From positions 960,001-992,000 of the forward strand of contig NZ_CP011041.1 of assembly GCF_002310835.1 (NCBI RefSeq): 32,000 nucleotides of DNA. Direction: 5' to 3'. How positions within the stretch are numbered: position 1 is the stretch's first letter; the number at the start of each line of letters is the position of its first letter. Shown here piece after piece: positions 1 to 7,778 of the stretch. The notes under the pieces are model-generated. The model worked only from the letters and a program-made list of their open reading frames with translations. It was not told where the DNA came from and did not search any database. The stretch comes from Pseudoalteromonas tetraodonis (GTDB lineage Bacteria; Pseudomonadota; Gammaproteobacteria; Enterobacterales; Alteromonadaceae). Both the position numbers and the translations under genes were made by a program.

Positions 1-438
1 TATAATAAAATAATGGTAAAAGCCGTAGCCGACAGACTCGCTGAGGCGTTTGCCGAATACTTGCACGAACAAGTGCGTAAAGAGTATTGGGGTTATGCAC
101 CGGATGAAAACCTGGGTAACGATGAGCTAATCCGCGAAAACTACCAAGGTATTCGCCCAGCACCGGGTTACCCAGCGTGCCCAGAGCACACTGAGAAAAA
201 GAAAATTTGGCAGTTACTCGATACTGAAAAACGCATTGGTATGCAGCTCACCAGCTCGTACGCCATGTGGCCAGGTGCTGCGGTGTCGGGTTGGTACTTT
301 TCACACCCACAAGCAAAATACTACGCCGTAGCGGCAGTACAACGTGACCAAGTGGAAGACTACGCCAAGCGAACAAATATGACGCTCGCAGAAGCCGAAA
401 GGTGGTTATCGCCTAACTTGGGGTATGAGCCGGAGTAA
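1..438 (+). CDS. metH: Cobalamin-dependent methionine synthase, C-terminal fragment (gene starts upstream of window)
   Basis: Frame 1 is open from base 1 to TAA at 436-438. The translation (...[25 protein letters not shown]...[22 protein letters not shown]...[12 protein letters not shown]) matches, from memory, the extreme C-terminus (AdoMet-binding/reactivation domain) of enterobacterial MetH almost residue for residue. Confidence 0.93.
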   Translation, partial: YNKIMVKAVADRLAEAFAEYLHEQVRKEYWGYAPDENLGNDELIRENYQGIRPAPGYPACPEHTEKKKIWQLLDTEKRIGMQLTSSYAMWPGAAVSGWYFSHPQAKYYAVAAVQRDQVEDYAKRTNMTLAEAERWLSPNLGYEPE

Positions 439-500
439 AGCGAAGTGGTTAAATAGCGAAGCGGTCAGTTTTTAGCTGTCAGCTATCAGTTAAAACAAAA

Positions 501-530
501 ACGAGCCAAGTTAGGCTCGTTTTTTATTTT
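501..530 (+). terminator. Rho-independent terminator after metH
   Basis: Hairpin ACGAGCC (501-507) / GGCTCGT (514-520) with a 6-nt loop, followed by TTTTTATTTTT. Confidence 0.7.
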
Positions 531-688
531 TGTATCTTTTTATCGCAATAAATATCGATAACTCAATTGTTTACATAATAGGCATTAGATGTGACTATTG
601 AATGAATTGAACGTGTAGTCTAGGTATTAATTTTTTGGACTAAGCATAAAGAATACTAAGTTTTAGTTACTCTAATTAAGGAATTATA

Positions 689-1555
689 ATGCAGACAATT
701 ACGGAAGATCAGCTATCTCTTGAATATTACGGTGCAGCAGTTGAAAAAGGGCAGCTAAAAGCGAAAGATGTTGCTCGCTATATTTTAGCACTAGATGAAT
801 TTATGAACGTGATTACAACAGAAGCTTATGGTAAAGATGCATCGCTATGTATGGATGTCTCAGGTTTTAGAGGGCAATCATTTGATATTGATTTTTTACT
901 ACAGGTGGTAGGTTTATCCTCTGGAGCATTATTTTGTACTAGCTCCCCCAAAGACCTTATTACTCTGGCTACTGACTCAATTAAATTATGTATTCATTTA
1001 GCTGGCAATCAACCGAAGCAGTGCACACCAGATAGTAATGCGAATACAGTTAATATCGAAAACTCTAATGGTCATACTCAGGTATTTCATATTCAAACGC
1101 TAAACGTTCTTTCTGATCCAAAAGCTGCTAATTCGTTAGATACATTTATTAGGGAGCCTTTGGTTAAAGGATTAAGCGAAGTAAAGTTAAAATCTTCAAA
1201 GTTTGATATCCAAACTAAAGCTTCGGCTAATGATGCTGAATTTTTTAAACCTCTTGATTTCGATTTACCAATTTCAAAAAATACAATTACTACAGGTTTA
1301 ACGATTGAATCTCCATCCTTTAAAGATGGAAATAAGTGGAAATTATTTGATGGACAGTCCAGTTTTTATGCAGAAATTACTGATAGAGAGTTTATTGATA
1401 CTGTTGATAAGGGAGAGAGGTTTGGAAAAGGGGATCTATTAATAGTTGAAATGGAAATAATTCAGACTAAAACACCGCAAGGTTTGAAGATCGAAAAACT
1501 TATTACGAAAGTTACCGATCATAAAGAAGCGCCTCAACAGAAAGGTATGTTTTAA
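689..1555 (+). CDS. Hypothetical protein (288 aa), no family recognised
   Basis: Long ATG ORF preceded by AAGGAA (678-683). It lies in a markedly AT-rich segment. There is no signal peptide or TM segment, and I recognise no catalytic motif. Confidence 0.6.
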   Translation: MQTITEDQLSLEYYGAAVEKGQLKAKDVARYILALDEFMNVITTEAYGKDASLCMDVSGFRGQSFDIDFLLQVVGLSSGALFCTSSPKDLITLATDSIKLCIHLAGNQPKQCTPDSNANTVNIENSNGHTQVFHIQTLNVLSDPKAANSLDTFIREPLVKGLSEVKLKSSKFDIQTKASANDAEFFKPLDFDLPISKNTITTGLTIESPSFKDGNKWKLFDGQSSFYAEITDREFIDTVDKGERFGKGDLLIVEMEIIQTKTPQGLKIEKLITKVTDHKEAPQQKGMF

Positions 1556-1609
1556 GATTTTAGGTCAAAGTATTAGCACATAACGAAAGTCAAAATTGAA
1601 GGTTTTTTA

Positions 1610-2377
1610 ATGAAGTATCTAAATTACATATTGCTTTGCCTATCCCTATTTTTCACATCGAACACATTTGCGCTTGAGCAAAAGTATCACGAGAGTGTTT
1701 TACCTGTTATTACTGCTTTTAAAATGCATGATAAAACTGCGATTGCTGCGCATATTCGCTACCCTCTAAAAAGGCAATATCCATTGCCCGACATTAAAAA
1801 TGAAGTTGAGTTTATTACCCGCTTTGATGAAGTGTTTGACGAAGAACTTGTTGGCGTTATTGCCAGTTCAAATATTGATACTGATTGGGATAAAGTGGGT
1901 TGGCGCGGCATTATGCTCAATAACGGCATAGTGTGGGTAGACAAAGACGGCAAAATTATTTCTGTGAATACACAAAATGCCACTGAGCAAGTGCGTGTTG
2001 AAAAGCTAATTTCTCAAGATAAACAATCACTCCATTCAAGTATTAAAACCTTTCAAAAACCAATACTCGATTGGGACACAGCAAAATACCGAGTTCGTGT
2101 TGATGATTTAGGCGATGGAAACTTCCGTTATGCGTCGTGGAGCATTGATAAAAGCCCAAGCGATAAGCCTGATATCGTTTTAATTAATGGTGATATTACC
2201 TTTGAAGGTAGTGGCGGCAATCATCACTATACGTTTAAAAACGGACGTTACAGTTACGTATTGCAAGTAACTGTAATTGGTTGTGATACCTCACCACCAG
2301 GTTGGCTTGAAGTATATAAAGACGATAAGTTGTTATTGTCTGACGCTGTGATAAGTGCAGTTAATAAAGCTAATTAA
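1610..2377 (+). CDS. Hypothetical secreted/periplasmic protein (255 aa)
   Basis: ATG ORF 54 bp after the previous gene. The N-terminus MKYLNYILLCLSLFFTSNTFA-LEQ looks like a Sec signal peptide with an A-x-A-type cleavage site. No family recognised. Confidence 0.65.
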   Translation: MKYLNYILLCLSLFFTSNTFALEQKYHESVLPVITAFKMHDKTAIAAHIRYPLKRQYPLPDIKNEVEFITRFDEVFDEELVGVIASSNIDTDWDKVGWRGIMLNNGIVWVDKDGKIISVNTQNATEQVRVEKLISQDKQSLHSSIKTFQKPILDWDTAKYRVRVDDLGDGNFRYASWSIDKSPSDKPDIVLINGDITFEGSGGNHHYTFKNGRYSYVLQVTVIGCDTSPPGWLEVYKDDKLLLSDAVISAVNKAN

Positions 2378-2448
2378 GTTTCTAGTGAAGAGCGGCTATT
2401 TTTAACTTACTGTGAAACGTAAACTGCGATCGAGAGAGGGAACTAGCT

Positions 2449-3144
2449 ATGAAAACAATCGGCATGCTCGGAGGTATGAGTTGGGAGTCAACAGCCAGCT
2501 ATTACAAAGTTTTAAACGAAGGCGTTAAAAACTCATTGGGTGGACTACATAGTGCCAAAATTTGTATGGTGAGCGTCGATTTTGCAAAAATTGAAGCGCT
2601 ACAGCATCAAGGTGATTGGCAACAAACAGCTAAGTTACTCACCAAGGCAGCTAAATCTGTAGAGGCTGGTGGTGCCGAGTTTTTACTTATTTGTACCAAC
2701 ACTATGCATAAAGTGGCCGATGAGATTGCCAGTAATATTACTATTCCTATTTTGCATATTGCCGATGCCACCGCTGAGCAACTAAAGCACGATAACATTA
2801 CGCGAGTAGGGTTGTTGGGAACGCAATTTACAATGGAGCAAAACTTTTACAAAGAGCGTTTAACTAATAAGCATAACATTGAGGTATTAATACCTGAGCC
2901 TAATGAGCGAAAGCGAGTGCACGAGGTTATTTATTCGCAGTTATGCCAAGGGATTATTGATGACGATTCGCGAGCTGATTATATACGCATTATAGAGCGA
3001 TTATTTGCACAAGGCGCGCAGGCCATCATTTTAGGCTGTACTGAAATCGCCTTGTTGGTAAAGTCACAACATACGCAGGTTCCGCTTTACGACACCACCA
3101 AAATACATGCCGAGGCAGCAGTGAAGTTAGCACTGGCAAAATAG
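2449..3144 (+). CDS. ygeA: Aspartate/glutamate racemase family protein (YgeA-like)
   Basis: MKTIGMLGGMSWESTASYYKVLNEG...LHSAKI...LICTNTMHKVAD...ILHIADAT...ILGCTEIALLV. The two catalytic Cys contexts (CTNTMH and GCTEI) and overall collinearity match the YgeA/Asp-Glu racemase family as I recall it. Confidence 0.9.
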   Translation: MKTIGMLGGMSWESTASYYKVLNEGVKNSLGGLHSAKICMVSVDFAKIEALQHQGDWQQTAKLLTKAAKSVEAGGAEFLLICTNTMHKVADEIASNITIPILHIADATAEQLKHDNITRVGLLGTQFTMEQNFYKERLTNKHNIEVLIPEPNERKRVHEVIYSQLCQGIIDDDSRADYIRIIERLFAQGAQAIILGCTEIALLVKSQHTQVPLYDTTKIHAEAAVKLALAK

Positions 3145-3160
3145 TTAAGCTTGAGATAAC

Positions 3161-3190
3161 AAAAAAACCGCCAATTGGCGGTTTTTTATT
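3161..3190. terminator. Bidirectional rho-independent terminator (after ygeA)
   Basis: AAAAAAA-CCGCCAATTGGCGG-TTTTTTATT. A perfect palindromic stem is flanked by an A-run and a T-run. Confidence 0.8.
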
Positions 3191-3218
3191 AGCAAGTAAA
3201 GCTGTTAACACGCTTATA

Positions 3219-3259
3219 TTAATGACCTTTCTCAAAGTCATTTACTTCGCGCTCGGCTT
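3219..3259 (-). pseudogene. Orphan 3' remnant of a csbD-like gene (last 12 codons + stop)
   Basis: The reverse complement reads (TAA)-A-E-R-E-V-N-D-F-E-K-G-H-TAA, the same C-terminal peptide as the intact gene at 5209-5406. An in-frame stop lies immediately upstream, so only the tail is present. It carries a synonymous GGT vs GGC difference in the Gly codon. Confidence 0.8.
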
Positions 3260-3425
3260 AACTTCCTTTAACCTATACATCTGAAGCTTTAATTATTGTA
3301 TTTTATATAGGCTTGTTTATCATATGAGGTCTATTTACAAAGGCATGTGAATATTTAAGCTTATAGGGAATCATGTAGCAACCCTCCACAAAATGTTCAC
3401 GGCCTATTTTTAAGGCTTCTTGTTT

Positions 3426-3956
3426 ATGTCATTTTTAACGACACTTAAAAAGTTTGGTAATCATATTGGTGCTTACAAAGTGCACTTGTGCCCTGAGGTG
3501 AAAGGCCAAGTTAGTGAAAAGGGCAAGCCTTTATCTAATGTGAGAATAGACAGAGTATTAAATTTTTCTGATGGCAAATGTGCTGAAGATTTCACTTACA
3601 CCGATAAGAACGGAAGTTTCTTACTACCTGAAATTAATATCCGTTCTAATCAACCAGCAGTCCCACTTGCTGAGATTTTTACTTCTCAAGCTATTTATTT
3701 ATCCTACAATCATGAAGAATATTGCCTTTGGGGTTCCAGATTGTCAGGCGCTAAATACCGAGAGGAATATGCAAAAAAATTAAGGCAATTAATAGCCGAT
3801 ACCACTGATGAAAAGGTTCTTTTTAAATTTGAGAATAAAAAAACTGAAGGCTATAAATTTGAAGCTTTAAGTATCTGTCGTTGGTCTGATGATTTTGAAG
3901 TAGTGGAAAAAAATGCTTATTTTGACCTTTCAGAAATTGAAACGGATGAAAATTAA
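3426..3956 (+). CDS. Hypothetical protein (176 aa), cassette gene 1
   Basis: The ORF track starts at TTG 3420; I prefer ATG 3426. There is no signal peptide. The stretch KGQVSEKGKPLSNVRIDRV...YTDKNGSFLLPEI weakly resembles carboxypeptidase-regulatory/prealbumin-like beta-sandwich signatures. The C-terminus is acidic. The segment is low-GC. Confidence 0.6.
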   Translation: MSFLTTLKKFGNHIGAYKVHLCPEVKGQVSEKGKPLSNVRIDRVLNFSDGKCAEDFTYTDKNGSFLLPEINIRSNQPAVPLAEIFTSQAIYLSYNHEEYCLWGSRLSGAKYREEYAKKLRQLIADTTDEKVLFKFENKKTEGYKFEALSICRWSDDFEVVEKNAYFDLSEIETDEN

Positions 3957-3988
3957 TAAAACAAAACCTAAATTATAAGGAAATATTG

Positions 3989-5137
3989 ATGAATGTTTTA
4001 AGCCCTGCAATAGCTGCTAACTTTGCTGCTATCTCATACGAAAGCCTTGATAAAAGAGGCTTAAGAGCTAATCCATATTTTGAAAGGATTAGCTCTTTAT
4101 TTTCATTCGAATCAGAATCTATAAAAGGTGTAAGTGGTTCTATTCTTGAGCGAGTTTTTAATCACTCGACCAATTTTGGCTGTATTGCAAAAGGTAAGAA
4201 GGGTGCATATGAAGATGATTATGTTTTAGCTTTACGTGGCACGGCAAAAATACGTGATGTTGTTACTGACTTACATTGTGGTTTAAGTACTTGTAGTAAT
4301 AATCAACCTGTACATGCAGGCTTCAACCATACATTTAACTCTTTCAAAAATCAGTTAGAGCTGTATTTTAAACAAAGCACTAAGAAAAAATTAAACATTC
4401 ATGTTGTAGGTCATAGTTTAGGTGGTGCTTTAGCAAACTTAGCTGCTAACTGGTTAAAGCAACGTTTTGGAGCGAATGTAAAATTATATACTTTTGGTGC
4501 GCCGCGAGTTGGTTATAATAGTTTTGCAGTAAAAACTGAGTCCGCAACAGATAATAGCATTTATCGTTGTGTACATGCAGCCGACCCAGTTCCTTTAGTG
4601 CCTGTGTGGCCATTTATGCATACGGAGCAAGAATATATTTTACACGGTGCTGCCACTATTACTCCAAAAGCACATAGTATGACTAAGGATACGCCAGGAT
4701 ATTTGCATACAGCTAGCAACTTCAAAAGTTATTCTGCTATTAACAAGGGAATGGAAAAACGAATTCAAGAAGAGGTAAGGCTTGATTATGATAGACGACT
4801 CGAATGTAGCCGCACCTCTAAATGGGCTCGGAAAATTGGTGCAGCTTTAATTACTCATTTACGTGAGACTGGTAAATTATATGCGATACAAAATCATTTT
4901 TCGAACGCTCTCACAGTATACGATCAGATAGCTAAAGCATTAGCTGATAGCATTGATTTTTCTAAAAATTGTACTAAAGATGTAAAAGGGATTTTAGGGC
5001 ATATGCTGACATTTTGTGGCTATCCATTTCAGGTGATTTCTTTTACTTACGCTTCTATTAGGCATATTTTGCAATTAATGCTTAAAAATATTTTTGCACT
5101 TGCTGGCGAAGCGCTAGCATTAGCAAAACCTTCCTAG
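3989..5137 (+). CDS. Class-3 lipase family alpha/beta hydrolase with ~150-aa C-terminal helical extension (382 aa)
   Basis: ATG 3989 lies 7 nt after AAGGA (the ORF track uses TTG 3986). The nucleophile elbow is VVGHSLGGALA. It is followed by YTFGAPRVGY...CVHAADPVPLVP...FMHTEQEY, the Ser/Asp/His arrangement typical of Lipase_3. There is no signal peptide. I do not recognise the C-terminal third. Confidence 0.85.
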   Translation: MNVLSPAIAANFAAISYESLDKRGLRANPYFERISSLFSFESESIKGVSGSILERVFNHSTNFGCIAKGKKGAYEDDYVLALRGTAKIRDVVTDLHCGLSTCSNNQPVHAGFNHTFNSFKNQLELYFKQSTKKKLNIHVVGHSLGGALANLAANWLKQRFGANVKLYTFGAPRVGYNSFAVKTESATDNSIYRCVHAADPVPLVPVWPFMHTEQEYILHGAATITPKAHSMTKDTPGYLHTASNFKSYSAINKGMEKRIQEEVRLDYDRRLECSRTSKWARKIGAALITHLRETGKLYAIQNHFSNALTVYDQIAKALADSIDFSKNCTKDVKGILGHMLTFCGYPFQVISFTYASIRHILQLMLKNIFALAGEALALAKPS

Positions 5138-5148
5138 AATTAAGGTAT

Positions 5149-5249
5149 ACAAAAAACCGCCAATTGGCGGTTTTTTATTAGCAAGTAAAGCTGTTAACAC
5201 GCTTTATTTTAATGGCCTTTCTCAAAGTCATTTACTTCGCGCTCGGCTT
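5149..5249. repeat. Right copy of 101-bp direct repeat
   Basis: See 3159-3259. This copy is continuous with the intact csbD-like gene. Confidence 0.92.
5151..5180. terminator. Bidirectional rho-independent terminator (lipase gene / csbD-like gene)
   Basis: AAAAAA-CCGCCAATTGGCGG-TTTTTTATTA sits between convergent genes ending at 5137 (+) and 5209 (-). Confidence 0.8.
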
Positions 5250-5406
5250 CCTCTTTCGATTTACCGTATTTTTGCTGAATTTTACCAACAAGCTCGGTAC
5301 GGCTACCTTCAATTTTATCTAAATCATCGTTGGTAAGATCGCCCCATTTTTGCTGCGCTTTACCTTTAAGTTCTTTCCAGTTTCCTTCGATACGATCGCT
5401 ATTCAT
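5209..5406 (-). CDS. CsbD/YjbJ-family general stress protein (65 aa)
   Basis: MNSDRIEGNWKELKGKAQQKWGDLTNDDLDKIEGSRTELVGKIQQKYG is the characteristic CsbD-like repeat pattern. AAGGAG lies 6-7 nt upstream of the ATG on the minus strand. Confidence 0.9.
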   Translation of the reverse strand: MNSDRIEGNWKELKGKAQQKWGDLTNDDLDKIEGSRTELVGKIQQKYGKSKEEAEREVNDFEKGH

Positions 5407-5693
5407 AATTAGCTCCTTATTAAGAGTGATGATTTTTCATTTTAAAAGCGTTACTAATAAAATGATTTTTAACGTTCACTTATAAAGTTGCAAAGGCTAT
5501 ACCAGAAAATAAAACTTTTAATTTCATTTATATATCAACTGCTTATGGTTTTTTGATGCGTAAAGTCTTTTAGCTGGTGGCGAGCTTTATAAAAATTCTG
5601 CAGGGTGGCTTGTAATTATTGCAGGGACTGTGACTTCAGGGGCTGTTACTTCAAGGGGGATTATTGCAAGTACACTGTGCTGGTTTTTATAAG

Positions 5694-5725
5694 TACAAAA
5701 AAAGCGAGCTATTAAAGCTCGCTTT
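5694..5725 (-). terminator. Rho-independent terminator after the permease gene
   Basis: The minus strand reads AAAGCGAGCT-TTAAT-AGCTCGCTTT followed by a T-run, 18 nt past the stop codon. Confidence 0.7.
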
Positions 5726-5742
5726 GGTGTTTAATAAAGGAA

Positions 5743-7260
5743 TTAATGTCTAAAGCTTGGCATTAGCGCAGGAATGCCTGGCAGCATACCTACCAGTGCC
5801 ATTACACCGGTTAATAACACAAACATAATAAGTGGGATGATCCAGCGGCTCATTCGTGATAAATCAGCACTTCTTTCTTTACAGCCAATAAGGCCCAAGT
5901 TATCCAAAAGCATAGTCAGTGACCAACCAAATGCAGGGTTTACTAAGCTTGAGGCAAACACCACAATAGCTGCCGACTGCGTGGTTTTACCTTCACGGGT
6001 CATTTCCATACCCGCTTCAAGTAGTGGAATAAACACCCCTACAATTAAGGCAACACATAATACTGGCTGCCAAATAGCTAAGTCCATTGGATAGCCCCAA
6101 ACACCCGCGATAATACAAAATAACGCAGTTAAAATAGCGCCTGCAGGAATAGGGCGTTTTGCAATAGCAGCAGGAACAATGTAAGTGCCCCAAGATGATG
6201 CAAAGTTAGCACCGCCTAATAGCGAGCCAAAGGTTTGTCTTGTTGATGCGCTAAGCATGGTATCGTCAATATTCATTTGTACTTTTTCAGTACGCTCTGG
6301 GTAACTAATTTTTTGAAATACTTGATGGCCTAAAAAGTCAGGCGACCACATAGCAACCGCTAAAACTGCAAAAGGAAGTACAACTACAAAGCTTTCAGCG
6401 GTTGGTAAACCAAGCATCCAACCAGTGTTTTCCCCCCACCAGTACATAGGGTTCATGTTTGGTAAGCCTGGAGCTGTATGAAACTCAAACGGTGCGCCCA
6501 ATGCAAAAGCAGTAAAACCACCAATTAAACAGCTCAGTGGCACGGCTAACCAGCGTTTTTTGTAATGCTCCAATAAAGCATAAAGTAAAATTGTGGCTAA
6601 GATTACGATAAAAGCAATATGGGTCATTTGAATTTCTTCAGCCCATGCAAACAGCTTTTTAACTTGTGAAATGGTACCCACAAAGCCTAAATAGAGGAGT
6701 AGGCCACCACACACCCCTTTACTGGTGAGCTTGGCCATGAGGCTGCCGCCTTTACTAAATGCTAATATCAATCCAAAGGCACCTATGAGTAAACCAAAGG
6801 CCATAGGGTGTCCGCCTGCGGCAACTACAATAGGAATTAATGGAATGAGTGGGCCATGAGTACCCGCTAAGTTAGCGGTCGGTAAAATAAAGCCCGAAAA
6901 TAGTAAAATAAATAGCGAAACAATTAAAAGTTCGTAGCGTACGTTTTCAAGTACAAAGCCATCACTTAAACCCAAAGGGCCTGCAAACGTGGCAGCAATG
7001 GCTGCAACCATGACTACTTTCCCTATAGTAGCGGCCATCGCAGGAATGGTGTCTTCAAATTCAAAGCGATAATCTCTAAATGGTAAATTTGGACGCCAGC
7101 GTTTTGGCTGCATAATTTGCAGTTCGTGCTCTAGGTAAGCGTCGCGGCTTTCAAACTCAGAGCTGGGCTTATGAAGATTTTCATAGCTATCGGACACGGT
7201 TTGAGTATCCGCTCCTGGTATAGCATCAGATGAATTATCATCTAGCGGCTTGGTGGTCAT
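5743..7260 (-). CDS. Polytopic inner-membrane permease (505 aa), possibly DUF3360 / NCS2-like superfamily
   Basis: A hydrophilic ~70-aa N-terminus is followed by >=10 hydrophobic segments rich in G/A/L. AGGAGA lies 5 nt upstream of the ATG. The family assignment is from memory and uncertain. Confidence 0.8.
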   Translation of the reverse strand: MTTKPLDDNSSDAIPGADTQTVSDSYENLHKPSSEFESRDAYLEHELQIMQPKRWRPNLPFRDYRFEFEDTIPAMAATIGKVVMVAAIAATFAGPLGLSDGFVLENVRYELLIVSLFILLFSGFILPTANLAGTHGPLIPLIPIVVAAGGHPMAFGLLIGAFGLILAFSKGGSLMAKLTSKGVCGGLLLYLGFVGTISQVKKLFAWAEEIQMTHIAFIVILATILLYALLEHYKKRWLAVPLSCLIGGFTAFALGAPFEFHTAPGLPNMNPMYWWGENTGWMLGLPTAESFVVVLPFAVLAVAMWSPDFLGHQVFQKISYPERTEKVQMNIDDTMLSASTRQTFGSLLGGANFASSWGTYIVPAAIAKRPIPAGAILTALFCIIAGVWGYPMDLAIWQPVLCVALIVGVFIPLLEAGMEMTREGKTTQSAAIVVFASSLVNPAFGWSLTMLLDNLGLIGCKERSADLSRMSRWIIPLIMFVLLTGVMALVGMLPGIPALMPSFRH

Positions 7261-7743
7261 GACTTCTCCTGCAACTTAGTTGCTAACTCAAAATAAAAAT
7301 ACAGCTTTTACAAAGCAAATGAACATTGAGTGCGCAGGGTAAAACAGCTTGCTACAGATTGTAATTAGGCAAAAGGTCGTGCATAGCCCAGTTTAACGCT
7401 TTGTAAGTGTTAACAAAAATGGCAAAGGGATGTGTTGTAACTGGCTTGTTAAATCTAAAAGATATTTAAATTCAATGTCTTATGTTTTTGTTTTTACAGT
7501 GTGATCTTGCCATGCAGAATAGCAAAAAGGTCATAAAATCAGCAGGTTCAGCAGCAATCATTCTTTAGTCTAATAAAGGTGGCGTTAGCCGCTATTTGCT
7601 TATTATAAATACAATTAGCCGCAAAGTTGCACAAAAGCTAACAATACTAAGCTTTAACGGAACGACTATTTTTGGACTCAAGATAGGATTTTGAAAGGTA
7701 ATAATAGGAGTAAAGTAAAAATATGGCGTAAAGTGACTAAACA

Positions 7744-7778
7744 AGAAAAAGCCTTTATGTAACGTATTTATAAAGGCA
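7744..7778 (-). terminator. Rho-independent terminator overlapping the flgN stop
   Basis: The minus strand reads GCCTTTAT-(11-nt loop)-ATAAAGGC followed by TTTTTCT. The first arm includes the last flgN codons. Confidence 0.6.

Larger units (their letters stand above)
3159..3259. repeat. Left copy of 101-bp direct repeat (terminator + csbD 3' end)
   Basis: Aligned by eye to 5149-5249. The copies are identical except for one A in the A-run, one T indel and two substitutions (A/T, A/G) clustered near 3215-3225. Confidence 0.92.

Noticed and set aside
439-465. Short direct repeat AGCGAAGTGGT / AGCGAAGCGGT just after the metH stop
   Set aside because: It is only 11 nt with one mismatch, in a single pair, next to the terminator. 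That is too short to distinguish from chance, and no associated structure was seen.
3026-3241. 71-aa minus-strand ORF spanning the ygeA 3' end and the terminator
   Set aside because: It runs through the palindromic terminator and antisense to a well-supported gene. Its start is simply the CAT of the csbD-remnant His codon read on the other strand. It is spurious.
5596-5690. CsrB/RsmZ-like sRNA in the csbD-permease gap
   Set aside because: Such sponges carry many ANGGA motifs in hairpin loops. Here only one AGGGA fits, and no convincing terminator hairpin precedes the T-run. It is kept only as a low-interest structural oddity.
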